DNA of 64,000 bases from positions 4,076-68,075 of the forward strand of contig CAMBPQ010000003.1 of NCBI GenBank assembly GCA_945869735.1. The letters are read 5' to 3'. Position numbers and translations under genes: made by a program. Below, piece after piece: positions 47,205 to 56,794 of the stretch; the first letter of the stretch is position 1; each line of letters opens with the position of its first letter. Source of the DNA: Planctomicrobium piriforme (lineage in GTDB: Bacteria; Planctomycetota; Planctomycetia; Pirellulales; UBA1268). The notes beneath the pieces are model-generated. The model was not told the origin of the DNA. It did not search any database and was given only the letters and a program-made list of their open reading frames with translations.

Positions 47205-49284
47205 ACAACGGATGACGCCCAGCCCTCTTACCGTGGCGTTGCTCGGCAATCCCAACGTCGGTAAGAGCACTCTGTTCACCTCGTTGGCGGGGATTCCCAC
47301 GCGGGTGGGCAACTATCCTGGCGTCACCGTCGAGGAGAAGGTCGGTCGCTTCGTGCACCGCGGCCGACAAATCGACCTCATCGACCTGCCAGGCACGTAT
47401 AGCCTGACACCCCAGAGCCCAGACGAACGGGTCACGGTCGACATCCTGCACGGCCACATGACTGGCGTGCGGCGACCCGACTGCCTGATCGTGGTCGTCG
47501 ACGCGACAAACCTCGAACGTAATCTCTATCTCGTCACGCAGGCGCTGGAAGTCGGCCTGCCTGTCGTCATCGCGCTGACGCTCTCCGATATCGCCGATCG
47601 TCGAGGCATTCGGATCGACGCCGACGAATTGGCCCATAGGCTTAGATGCCCGGTCGTCCGCGTGGTGGCGTCGACGGGCGAGGGCATCGGGGCCGTGCGG
47701 GATTGGATGCTCGATGCGATCGGCGGCCCTCCGCCTCGGCCGCTGGCGTTGAGCGGACCGAACCTTCCGGTAGACCCGGGCAGCACTCGGTCGCCGGCGG
47801 CCCGTGAGGCGATCGCCCGCTACGCGGCGATCGGGAGGCTGCTCGAGGGAATCTCCAGCACGTCACGTCCTGCCCTCCGACTGACCGAGGACCGGATCGA
47901 CGCGGTGCTCACGCACCGCCTCTGGGGCACGTTTTTTTTCGCCGCGGTGATGCTGGCGATGTTCGCGTCGATCTTTTGGCTGGCAGCGCCGCTCATGGAC
48001 CTGATCTCGGCGGGCATGGATGGACTATCGACTTTCGTCGCCAGACTCCTCCCGCTGGGTCCCGTGCGATCCTTAATCGTCGACGGAATCCTGGCGGGCG
48101 TCGCGGGAACCGTCGTGTTCGTGCCGCAGATCGCGCTCTTATTCCTGTTCATCGCCGTGCTGGAGGGCTGCGGCTACCTCTCGCGGGCCGCCTTCCTCAT
48201 GGACAGGCTGCTGGTCGGCGCGGGCCTCAGCGGCAAATCCTTTATTCCGCTGCTCTCGAGCTTCGCCTGCGCGATTCCGGGCATCATGGCCGCCCGCACG
48301 ATCGAGAACCGCCGTGACCGGCTGCTCACGATCCTCGTCGCGCCGCTGATGAGTTGCTCGGCGCGACTGCCGGTCTACCTCCTGCTCTGCGGTGCGTTCG
48401 TGCCTGACCGGGCCGCGGGCCTCCCCTGGCTGCCGCTCAAGGCCGCCGTGCTCACCGGCCTCTACGCCCTGGGTGTCGTCGTGGCTGCAGCCGTGGCGCT
48501 TATCCTCTCGCGGACCGTGTTTCGCGGGCCGCCACAACCATTCGTGATGGAGCTGCCGGGCTGGCGGTGGCCGCGGCCGGCAGTCGTCTTCGAGCGGGCC
48601 CGCGAGGCTGCCTGGTCGTTTCTCATGAATGCAGGCACGCTGATCGTGGCGGTGAGCGTCGTGGTCTGGGCTTTGATGAACTATCCCCGCGACGACCGGC
48701 GTATCGACGCCGATGTCGCCGCCCTCCGGACGTCGCTTGAGTCACGCATCGAGGCGACCGGTAGCGACGAGCCCGATTGGGGCGATCTCGTCGCCGAGCG
48801 TGCGTCGCTCGACACGCCGGCAGGGGTCGAATCGGCACGTCGGGGCGCCGCCCAGCGGCAGAGTTTTCTCGGTTATGCCGGGAGGTTCATCGAGCCGGTA
48901 GTCCGGCCACTGGGCTGGGACTGGCGGATCGGCTGCGCCGCCATCGCGAGTTTTCCGGCACGGGAGGTGGTGCTCGGCACGCTGGGAGTGATCTACAACC
49001 TCGGGGACGTCGATCCTGGCGAGGAGGAGGGAGCAACGCTCCTTGAGCGCCGGCTGAAGGCGGCCCGCTGGGACGGCACGAATCGCCGTGTGTTCACGCT
49101 GCCGGTCGCCCTGTCGATCATGGTGTTTTTCGCGCTGTGCGCCCAGTGCGCGAGCACGTTGGTCGTGATCGGCCACGAGACGGGATCCTGGGTCTGGCCC
49201 GTCGTGACGTTCGTCTATATGACCGTCCTGGCCTGGCTCGGCGCCTTCGCGATCTACAGGCTGGGCCTGTTCCTCGGCTGGTGA
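47194..49284 (+). CDS. feoB: Ferrous iron transport protein B
   Basis: G-domain ALLGNPNVGKSTLF, DLPGTYSL, and a large C-terminal polytopic membrane domain. GTG 47194 or ATG 47212 as start. Confidence 0.95.
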   Translation: MTAEQRMTPSPLTVALLGNPNVGKSTLFTSLAGIPTRVGNYPGVTVEEKVGRFVHRGRQIDLIDLPGTYSLTPQSPDERVTVDILHGHMTGVRRPDCLIVVVDATNLERNLYLVTQALEVGLPVVIALTLSDIADRRGIRIDADELAHRLRCPVVRVVASTGEGIGAVRDWMLDAIGGPPPRPLALSGPNLPVDPGSTRSPAAREAIARYAAIGRLLEGISSTSRPALRLTEDRIDAVLTHRLWGTFFFAAVMLAMFASIFWLAAPLMDLISAGMDGLSTFVARLLPLGPVRSLIVDGILAGVAGTVVFVPQIALLFLFIAVLEGCGYLSRAAFLMDRLLVGAGLSGKSFIPLLSSFACAIPGIMAARTIENRRDRLLTILVAPLMSCSARLPVYLLLCGAFVPDRAAGLPWLPLKAAVLTGLYALGVVVAAAVALILSRTVFRGPPQPFVMELPGWRWPRPAVVFERAREAAWSFLMNAGTLIVAVSVVVWALMNYPRDDRRIDADVAALRTSLESRIEATGSDEPDWGDLVAERASLDTPAGVESARRGAAQRQSFLGYAGRFIEPVVRPLGWDWRIGCAAIASFPAREVVLGTLGVIYNLGDVDPGEEEGATLLERRLKAARWDGTNRRVFTLPVALSIMVFFALCAQCASTLVVIGHETGSWVWPVVTFVYMTVLAWLGAFAIYRLGLFLGW

Positions 49285-49285
49285 G

Positions 49286-49474
49286 ATGCAAGACATCATC
49301 GCTATCGCTGTCGCCGTCGCCGCGGGCGTCTGGCTCGCGCGAACTCTCTGGCGCCAACTGCGTGCCCCGTCATGCGGCACACCTGCGAATCCCGCTGGAG
49401 CCGACGGCTTCATCCCGCTCGACAGCCTGATCAAGAAAAAACCGGGGCGTTCCGAAGAACGCCCCGGTCCCTGA
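49286..49474 (+). CDS. Small membrane protein downstream of feoB (position of FeoB-associated small proteins)
   Basis: MQDIIAIAVAVAAGVWLARTLW hydrophobic N-terminus. The 3' end overlaps the groEL terminator hairpin, so the exact extent is uncertain. Confidence 0.35.
   Translation: MQDIIAIAVAVAAGVWLARTLWRQLRAPSCGTPANPAGADGFIPLDSLIKKKPGRSEERPGP
49435..49467 (-). terminator. Intrinsic terminator of groESL (11-bp GC-rich stem, tetraloop, U-tract on the minus strand)
   Basis: Stem 49442-49452 CCGGGGCGTTC pairs with 49457-49467 GAACGCCCCGG. Loop CGAA. The minus-strand RNA continues with UUUUUU (plus-strand AAAAAA, 49436-49441). Confidence 0.65.
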
Positions 49475-49513
49475 TCTCGATATCCTGCCGCCCTGCGGCT
49501 GGCGGACGCGGGC

Positions 49514-51175
<1,662 letters not shown>

Positions 51176-51231
51176 TTACGGGTGGAAGACTGTGGACTGT
51201 CGTGGTTTAAAAATTGATCGGAGACGCGTGC

Positions 51232-51555
51232 TTAGCTGAGAATGGCGAGGATGTCGTCCTCTCGCATCAGCAGCAGTTCATCGTCGCCCACCTTGAAGGG
51301 CTCGCCGGCGTAGCTCGTGAAGACCACGCGGTCGCCCGGCTTGACCTGCAGGACATGACGGAGGCCCTTGTTGTCGAGCTTGCCCTCGCCGACGCTCACG
51401 ACGACGCCACGAGCGGGCTTGTCCTTGGCGGAGTCGGGCAACAGGATGCCGCCGGCGGTCTTTTGCTCGCCTTCCTCGCGCTCGACGACAACGCGGTCGC
51501 CGAGGGGGATGAGCGTCGACTTCTTGCGGACGGATTTGGTGGCCGTGGCTGACAT
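51232..51555 (-). CDS. groES: Co-chaperonin GroES (Cpn10), with a short N-terminal extension
   Basis: IPLGDRVVVEREEGEQKTAGGILLPDSAKDKP..G.VV.VG.G. SD GAGAGGA lies upstream of ATG 51555. Confidence 0.95.
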   Translation of the reverse strand: MSATATKSVRKKSTLIPLGDRVVVEREEGEQKTAGGILLPDSAKDKPARGVVVSVGEGKLDNKGLRHVLQVKPGDRVVFTSYAGEPFKVGDDELLLMREDDILAILS

Positions 51556-51989
51556 AGTTCCTCTCGTGGATCTCTGGGGTGAACGTCCCCGTCGGGCAAC
51601 GCAACGCCTGACGGGGGCGATGACGGGCCGCGTCGCCAGGCCAGACGGCCTGCCCGCAGCGACCGTCATCAGACCGGTTGTTGAGAGCAAAGCAAGTGGC
51701 GCGCCGGAACGGTGGGGATTCCCAACGGAAACTCCTCTTTGGCGACTTTCCCGATGTTTTTGCGACATCATCGGACTGGCTGGGCAGGGAATGGGTCGAC
51801 TCGCACGCTGCCAGTTTGGCAGCGACATGCCGCTCAAGCTCACGGATTCACCGAATCCGCAGCCCTGCGACCCCGGCCGACACAGCCGACCTGCAAACGG
51901 TTGTCCGTCGCCCATGCCGCATGGCAAATGCGCTATCCAGTCGGTAGTCTGCAGGCGTCTGTTGGTTTTCGCCCACCAAAGCCGTCAGG

Positions 51990-52352
51990 TTGTCCATGTC
52001 ATCGCACAAGCGGATCGACGTTTCAAAGGTCGGCGACGTCACGGTTGTGAGGTTCGTTGACAAGAAGATTCTTGATGAGGCCGGCATCCAGGAACTCGGC
52101 GCCGAACTGTTCTTCCTGATCGAACATGACAACCGCCGCAGCATCCTGCTCAACTTCGAGAATGTCGACTTTCTGTCGAGTGCGGCGCTCGGCAAACTGA
52201 TCACGCTCGACCGCAAGGTCAAGGCGGCCCAGGGCCGGCTCAAGATGAGTAACATTCGACCGGAGATCCTCGAGGTCTTCCAGATCACGAAGCTCAACAA
52301 GGTCTTCGACATTCGTGCCGAAGAAGCCGAGGCGGTCTCGGCTTTTCAGTAG
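51990..52352 (+). CDS. STAS domain protein (anti-sigma-factor antagonist, RsbV/SpoIIAA-like)
   Basis: VTVVRF......LDEAGIQELG.EL........ILLNFENVDFLSSAALGKLI.L..... Confidence 0.8.
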   Translation: MSMSSHKRIDVSKVGDVTVVRFVDKKILDEAGIQELGAELFFLIEHDNRRSILLNFENVDFLSSAALGKLITLDRKVKAAQGRLKMSNIRPEILEVFQITKLNKVFDIRAEEAEAVSAFQ

Positions 52353-52387
52353 CTGTCCCGAAGCGGGACGGGAGTGACTTTGACGCC

Positions 52388-52825
52388 ATGATCGATCAAC
52401 CTGCTGCGGATGCCTGGCGGCTCTCAATCGATCTGCCGAGCGAGCGCGGCGCGAGCCGAAGAGTCACAGACGATCTGCTCGAACACTTGGGCATCCATGG
52501 CTGGCCCCCCTCCGACATCTTCGCCATCCATCTGGCGGCAGAGGAGGCGATCGTCAATGCCATCGTCCATGGCAACCGCCTGGACCCCGCCAAAAAGGTT
52601 CACGTGGAATGTGTGGTCTCGCCGGAGGTCACGCGGATCGCTATCACAGACGAGGGCGCCGGGTTCGATCCGGCCAGCGTTCCTGACTGCACGTCCGACG
52701 AGAGGCTCGAAGCTCCGGGTGGACGCGGCGTGATGCTCATGCGGTCCTTTATGAGTAGGATCGAATATAACGCCAAGGGCAATGGCGTCGTCCTGGAAAA
52801 GATCCGAAATCCAGCGGACAACTGA
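52388..52825 (+). CDS. Anti-sigma regulatory factor, HATPase_c Ser/Thr kinase (RsbW/SpoIIAB-like)
   Basis: N-box EEAIVNAIVHGN, G1 ITDEGAGFD, G2-like GGRGVMLMRS. Confidence 0.8.
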   Translation: MIDQPAADAWRLSIDLPSERGASRRVTDDLLEHLGIHGWPPSDIFAIHLAAEEAIVNAIVHGNRLDPAKKVHVECVVSPEVTRIAITDEGAGFDPASVPDCTSDERLEAPGGRGVMLMRSFMSRIEYNAKGNGVVLEKIRNPADN

Positions 52826-52892
52826 CCTGCTCAGGCGGGTGCGTCGCCGTATCGATTTCGGGGAAAAAATACGCTACCGTACGGAGCATCGA

Positions 52893-52964
52893 TCCCCGAT
52901 AGCTCAACGGTAGAGCGGCCGGCTGTTAACCGGTAGGTTGTAGGTTCAAATCCTACTCGGGGAG
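52893..52964 (+). tRNA. tRNA-Asn (anticodon GUU)
   Basis: Full cloverleaf folded by hand. Acceptor TCCCCGA/TCGGGGA, D stem GCTC/GAGC, anticodon stem GCCGG/CCGGT with loop CTGTTAA, T arm GTAGG-TTCAAAT-CCTAC, discriminator G. No encoded CCA. Confidence 0.95.
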
Positions 52965-52966
52965 CT
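52949..52966 (+). repeat. 18-bp direct repeat, copy 1 (3' end of tRNA-Asn); putative attL
   Basis: AATCCTACTCGGGGAGCT is identical to 53894-53911. Confidence 0.85.
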
Positions 52967-53215
52967 TTGGCTCTTTTTGAAAGTGGCCGCACGAGATCGC
53001 ACGGAGCCGCAGAGTGACGCAAGTCGTTCTGCGGCTTGGTCTTTTGATGGGGAAGCCATTTTGTTGATGCGGAGGCCCATCAGGCCCGCGATCCGCAAGC
53101 CACGAGAGCATTTCGTGCAGTGTGTCTCTCGCTCACTCGTGTTTCTACGGAACCGCGTAACACTTATGGCTGGCTGCGCGGACCCAAAGTCTGCTGCCTC
53201 ACATGAACCGCACGG

Positions 53216-53485
53216 TCACCGTTGACCGCAACGCCCCTCCAAGATTCCCGTGAACGACAGGTCTTCGTCGAGCGTCGGCCAGTGCAGCCCAAATGGAGAG
53301 ATTTCGATACGGCCCACATCTTCCTCGGCAGCGGATTCCAGCCGCGGGTTGCCCTTGGTGGGAAAACTCACCTCATGGCCGCTGGCGAACCTGATAAAGA
53401 TCATTCCTCGCTCATGCCATGCCTTCAGGGCACGATCAGCCAAGGTGCTCGGCCCATTTTTGTTTGATGAGTTCGAGGTGGTCAT
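53216..53485 (-). CDS. DUF2442 family protein
   Basis: ...MIFIRFASGHEVSFP......L..A.......IEISPFGLHWPTLDEDLS is the typical DUF2442 pattern. The annotated start overlaps the upstream gene by 50 nt; an alternative Met lies at 53404. Confidence 0.65.
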   Translation of the reverse strand: MTTSNSSNKNGPSTLADRALKAWHERGMIFIRFASGHEVSFPTKGNPRLESAAEEDVGRIEISPFGLHWPTLDEDLSFTGILEGRCGQR

Positions 53486-53669
53486 CGATGAGGTCCTCCG
53501 CTCGCGAAAGTTCTCTTACATTGAACCCGACTGATTCACGCAGTTCTACTTCCGGTTCGACAACGAACACCGCTTCGCCCCCGCCCCTGCGAACATGGAC
53601 GTGGATGGGGGCATGGTCATTGCTGTAGAAGAAAAACGAATAGCCATCTTGTTCGAAAATCTTCGGCAC
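53436..53669 (-). CDS. DUF4160 family protein
   Basis: MPKIFEQDGYSFFFYSNDHAPIHVHV (GTG start) is the hallmark DUF4160 N-terminus. Confidence 0.75.
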   Translation of the reverse strand: MPKIFEQDGYSFFFYSNDHAPIHVHVRRGGGEAVFVVEPEVELRESVGFNVRELSRAEDLIDDHLELIKQKWAEHLG

Positions 53670-53893
53670 TATTCAAGTGTACATAACCGCGGTTTCGGAG
53701 GCCCTCCCCGCCGTGGCCTGATTGCTCAGCGGGTGCCGGGCAGGCGGGTTCGCTGCCGCGGCCCTTTGCCGAACACCGCTCGGGGGCCCGGTGCGACCTC
53801 CTGCGGGATCATGCGGATTGGGGAGTGAGTCGTTTTTTGAGTCGCTTTCTTACCGACACCCAGTTTTTCGCGAAGAAAGCGGCGGTTGTTACG

Positions 53894-53911
53894 AATCCTA
53901 CTCGGGGAGCT
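53894..53911 (+). repeat. 18-bp direct repeat, copy 2; putative attR
   Basis: AATCCTACTCGGGGAGCT duplicates the tRNA-Asn 3' end 945 bp downstream. Confidence 0.85.
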
Positions 53912-54099
53912 ACGCCACTCATGTCTAGAGTGGCAACCATGAGGCAGGAGGTGGCAAAACCGTCTGCCTCTCGGTGTTTCTGGAGGTGACCTGCACGAGC
54001 TCTTCCCAGTCGGTCGGCGGGCCACGGGCGGGAGAGACTTTCCGGTCCTTCGGGGAACTTTGTGGGCGTGGGGTTGCCCATGCAGTGAGCCCGTGGGGT

Positions 54100-54370
54100 C
54101 GCGGGCGAAACGGTGCCGGATTGGTTCACCGGCGGTGACATGCTCGCCGCCGGGGGATTTTGCTCCAGGATGCTCGGGTGGCCGACTGGGGAATTGCTCG
54201 TGAGTCGCAAAGATTCCCCGGCGTCTGCGCGTGCCCCCGACCGGCTCCTCACGATCAAGAATCGGTTCGATCATCCGTGCAACTTGCTTCCCGTCAGGAA
54301 GCCCCAAGCGCGAGCGCGGGGTATCCGGGTCGCATCGAGACGGTGCCGGAGTGGTTCGCCCGCGGACGCT
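54100..54370. repeat. Mosaic of family C (54109-54148, partial 54335-54365) and family B (54285-54330) units
   Basis: AACGGTGCCGGATTGGTTCACCGGCGGTGACATGCTCGCC, and GTCAGGAAGCCCCAAGCGCGAGCGCGGGGTAT. Confidence 0.65.
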
Positions 54371-54602
54371 CAAAGGCCTGGTGGCTCCCGCTCCACAAAA
54401 CCCGTCCAGACCACAGATGTGATCGCCCTGCGCGGCGGCCGTTTACCGCTCTGCCCATGAAAACCCCGGATGGACCCCGAAGGGAAGGTCGGGCGGTGCC
54501 GTTACAGGTATCCGCCCGTCCTTCGGTGTCGGCCCCTGGAGCGGCTCGAGAGAGGTCCTTCACCGGAGCCCTATCCTCCGTCCAGTTCAAGTTCACCTTT
54601 TC

Positions 54603-54957
54603 GGGATAGCCGAGGCTAATCCCGCGGGGCCCCGCCTCCCGGATCACCTCGAGGGCTGGCTCGAGGGTGGCGCCCTTTACGAGCGGCCCGTCGCGGCATA
54701 TGTCGAGGAGGATCTCCGTGGGTATCTCACGTGCGGGCTGCTCTGTTTCGGATTCGCCCGCGCAGCCTGCACGGGCTGCGGTCAAGCATTCGTCGTCGCC
54801 TTCTCGTGCAAGCGGTGGGGCGTCTGTCCATCCTTCAACGGCCGGCACATGGCGCAGACGGCGGCGCACAAAAGTTGATCACGTCATCCCGCCGGTGCCC
54901 GTGCGGCAATGGGTGAGTTCCATCCCCAAGCGTTTGCGGGGATGCTCGCCTGAAAAA
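54603..54957 (+). pseudogene. IS91-family transposase N-terminal fragment (zinc-binding domain), frameshifted and truncated
   Basis: One frame reads ...ALYERPVAAYVEEDLRGYLTCGLLCFGFARAACTGCGQAFVVAFSCKRWGVCPSFNGRHMAQTAAHKS*. After a +1 shift at ~54873 it continues VDHVIPPVPVRQWVSSIPKRLR. A conserved Cys is replaced (CPSF), and the catalytic domain is absent. Confidence 0.7.
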
Positions 54958-55014
54958 AGAGTGGGTTTTCGGTAGACGCGAGTGTCCGCATCACGCTCAT
55001 CGACCGCGATGATT

Positions 55015-55136
55015 CCCGACAGGAAGCCTCAAGCGCGAGCGCGGGGAATCCGTCCGCCACCCCAACCCGCTCCGTACCACGCCCACGGCTTGCCACCCGC
55101 ATACCCATCGCTCGCGCGCCAGGCTTCTTGGGGGAT
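55015..55136. repeat. Family B unit followed by family D unit (a diverged inverted B); an imperfect ~120-bp palindrome
   Basis: CCCGACAGGAAGCCTCAAGCGCGAGCGCGGGGAATCC...CCACCCCAACCCGCTCC, then GCCACCCGCATACCCATCGCTCGCGCGCCAGGCTTCTTGG. Confidence 0.75.
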
Positions 55137-55315
55137 GGCCACACAGCCTGCGGTGCCGCGCAGGGCCCGGGACTGAACCCCATCGACCGCTCGTCACCGG
55201 TCGCGCGCTTGTGAAAGTGCCGTTGACCGTTCTATCCTACCGGCTTCGGGCTCGGCGTCGTGCTCTACTTCGTAGTTCGACCGCTGTTTCCCCACCGCTG
55301 AGGAGGGCTTCCGTC

Positions 55316-56671
55316 ATGGGCACCGCCGCCCCCGCCGTTCCCACGCTGCCGCCCTGCGGCCACCGGTCCCGGCCCTACACGGGCCTGTCGAAGGACGAGG
55401 TGCTCTCGCTCCGCAAGCAGTTCGTCAATCCGGCGATCTTCACCTACTACTCAAAGCCCCTGATGATCGTCGAGGGGCACATGCAATACCTCTACGACGA
55501 GACGGGCCGCCGCTACCTCGACGGCTTCGGTGGGATCGTGACGGTGAGCGTGGGCCATTGCCATCCGAAGATCATCGCCGCCGTCAACCGGCAAAATGAG
55601 ATCCTCCAGCACACCACCACGATCTACCTCAACCCCTGCATCGCCGAATACGCCCGGGATCTCGCCGCGCGGATGCCCGGCGATCTCAAGGTCTGCTACT
55701 TCGTCAACTCGGGCTCGGAGGCCAACGACCTCGCGATCCTGATGGCCAGGGCCTCCACGGGCAACTTCGACGTACTGGCCCTGCGAAACGGCTACCACGG
55801 TGGCAGCATGCAGACGATGGGGCTCACAAGCCACCACACGTGGAAGTTCAACGTGCCGCACAGCTTCGGCGTGCACCATGCGATCTTCCCCGACCGGCTC
55901 CGCGGGCCCTACGGCTACGACGATCCGCAGGCTGGCGTAAAGTATGCCGCCGACGTGAAGAACCTGATCGAGTTCGGCACGCCGGGCAAGGTCGCGGCCT
56001 TCATCGCCGAAAGCATCCAGGGCGTGGGGGGCGCCGTCGTGTTTCCCGACGGCTATTTAAAGGCGGCGTATGCGCATGTCCGCGCGGCAGGCGGCCTCTG
56101 CATCGCCGACGAGGTGCAGTCGGGCTTCGCGCGGACGGGTTCTCATTTCTGGGGCTTCGAGACGCAGGGGGTGATCCCGGACATCGTCACGATGGCCAAG
56201 GGGATCGGCAACGGGGCAGCGCTCGCCGCCGTCGTGACCACGCCTGAGATCGCAGAGGCGCTCGCGTCGCGGATCCACTTCAATACCTTCGGCGGCAATC
56301 CCATCACCTGCACGCAGGGCCGCGCGGTGCTCCAGGTGATCGACGAGGACGGCATCCAGGCCAACGCCACCCGGATCGGTGGGAAGCTGAAGGCGGGCTT
56401 TGAGGTCCTGGCGCAGAAGCACGACTTGATCGGGGACGTCCGGGGCCTCGGCCTGATGCTGGGCATCGAACTGGTCAAGGATCGCGGCACCAAGGAGCCG
56501 GCCAAGGAGGCCTGCATGCGGGTTTTCGAAACCTGCCGAGACCTCGGGCTCCTGATCGGCAAGGGGGGCCTCCACGGCAACGTCCTGCGGATCAAGCCCC
56601 CGATGTGCCTGACCGAGGCCGACGCCGACTTCATGCTCGACGTGCTCGACGCGGGTTTCCGCGGCTTGTGA
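55316..56671 (+). CDS. Class III (AGXT2/omega-type) pyridoxal-phosphate aminotransferase
   Basis: [55 protein letters not shown] (PLP Lys). The start is at Met 55316, preceded by GAGGAG. Confidence 0.9.
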   Translation: MGTAAPAVPTLPPCGHRSRPYTGLSKDEVLSLRKQFVNPAIFTYYSKPLMIVEGHMQYLYDETGRRYLDGFGGIVTVSVGHCHPKIIAAVNRQNEILQHTTTIYLNPCIAEYARDLAARMPGDLKVCYFVNSGSEANDLAILMARASTGNFDVLALRNGYHGGSMQTMGLTSHHTWKFNVPHSFGVHHAIFPDRLRGPYGYDDPQAGVKYAADVKNLIEFGTPGKVAAFIAESIQGVGGAVVFPDGYLKAAYAHVRAAGGLCIADEVQSGFARTGSHFWGFETQGVIPDIVTMAKGIGNGAALAAVVTTPEIAEALASRIHFNTFGGNPITCTQGRAVLQVIDEDGIQANATRIGGKLKAGFEVLAQKHDLIGDVRGLGLMLGIELVKDRGTKEPAKEACMRVFETCRDLGLLIGKGGLHGNVLRIKPPMCLTEADADFMLDVLDAGFRGL

Positions 56672-56794
56672 CTTTCCGCGGCTTGTGTGAGAGGCGGCTT
56701 GATCGCATTCGATTCGCGTGTCGCAACGGCTCGCGTGCCCCGCCATGGGTGCCAAGCCGAGGCTCGGCGAAGCTCCATCCGCTCTCGCAGTCGA

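Noticed and set aside
51818-51835. TGGCAG-N5-TGC in the groES/STAS divergent region considered as a sigma54 (-24/-12) promoter
   Set aside because: The GG-to-GC spacing is one nucleotide short of the consensus TGGCAC-N5-TTGC. The motif is part of a simple palindrome, and there is no nearby enhancer-binding-protein gene.
52962-52978. Short hairpin GAGC-TTTG-GCTC followed by TTTTT just after tRNA-Asn as a terminator
   Set aside because: The stem is only 4 bp and partly made of the tRNA acceptor end. That is too weak to call, although the T-run may aid termination or processing.
53726-54373. ORFs of 149-215 aa on both strands between the islet and the IS91 fragment
   Set aside because: They consist largely of translated repeat units (the peptides GSPKRERG and MPDWF.GGDML recur wherever the B and C repeats occur) and show no protein motifs.
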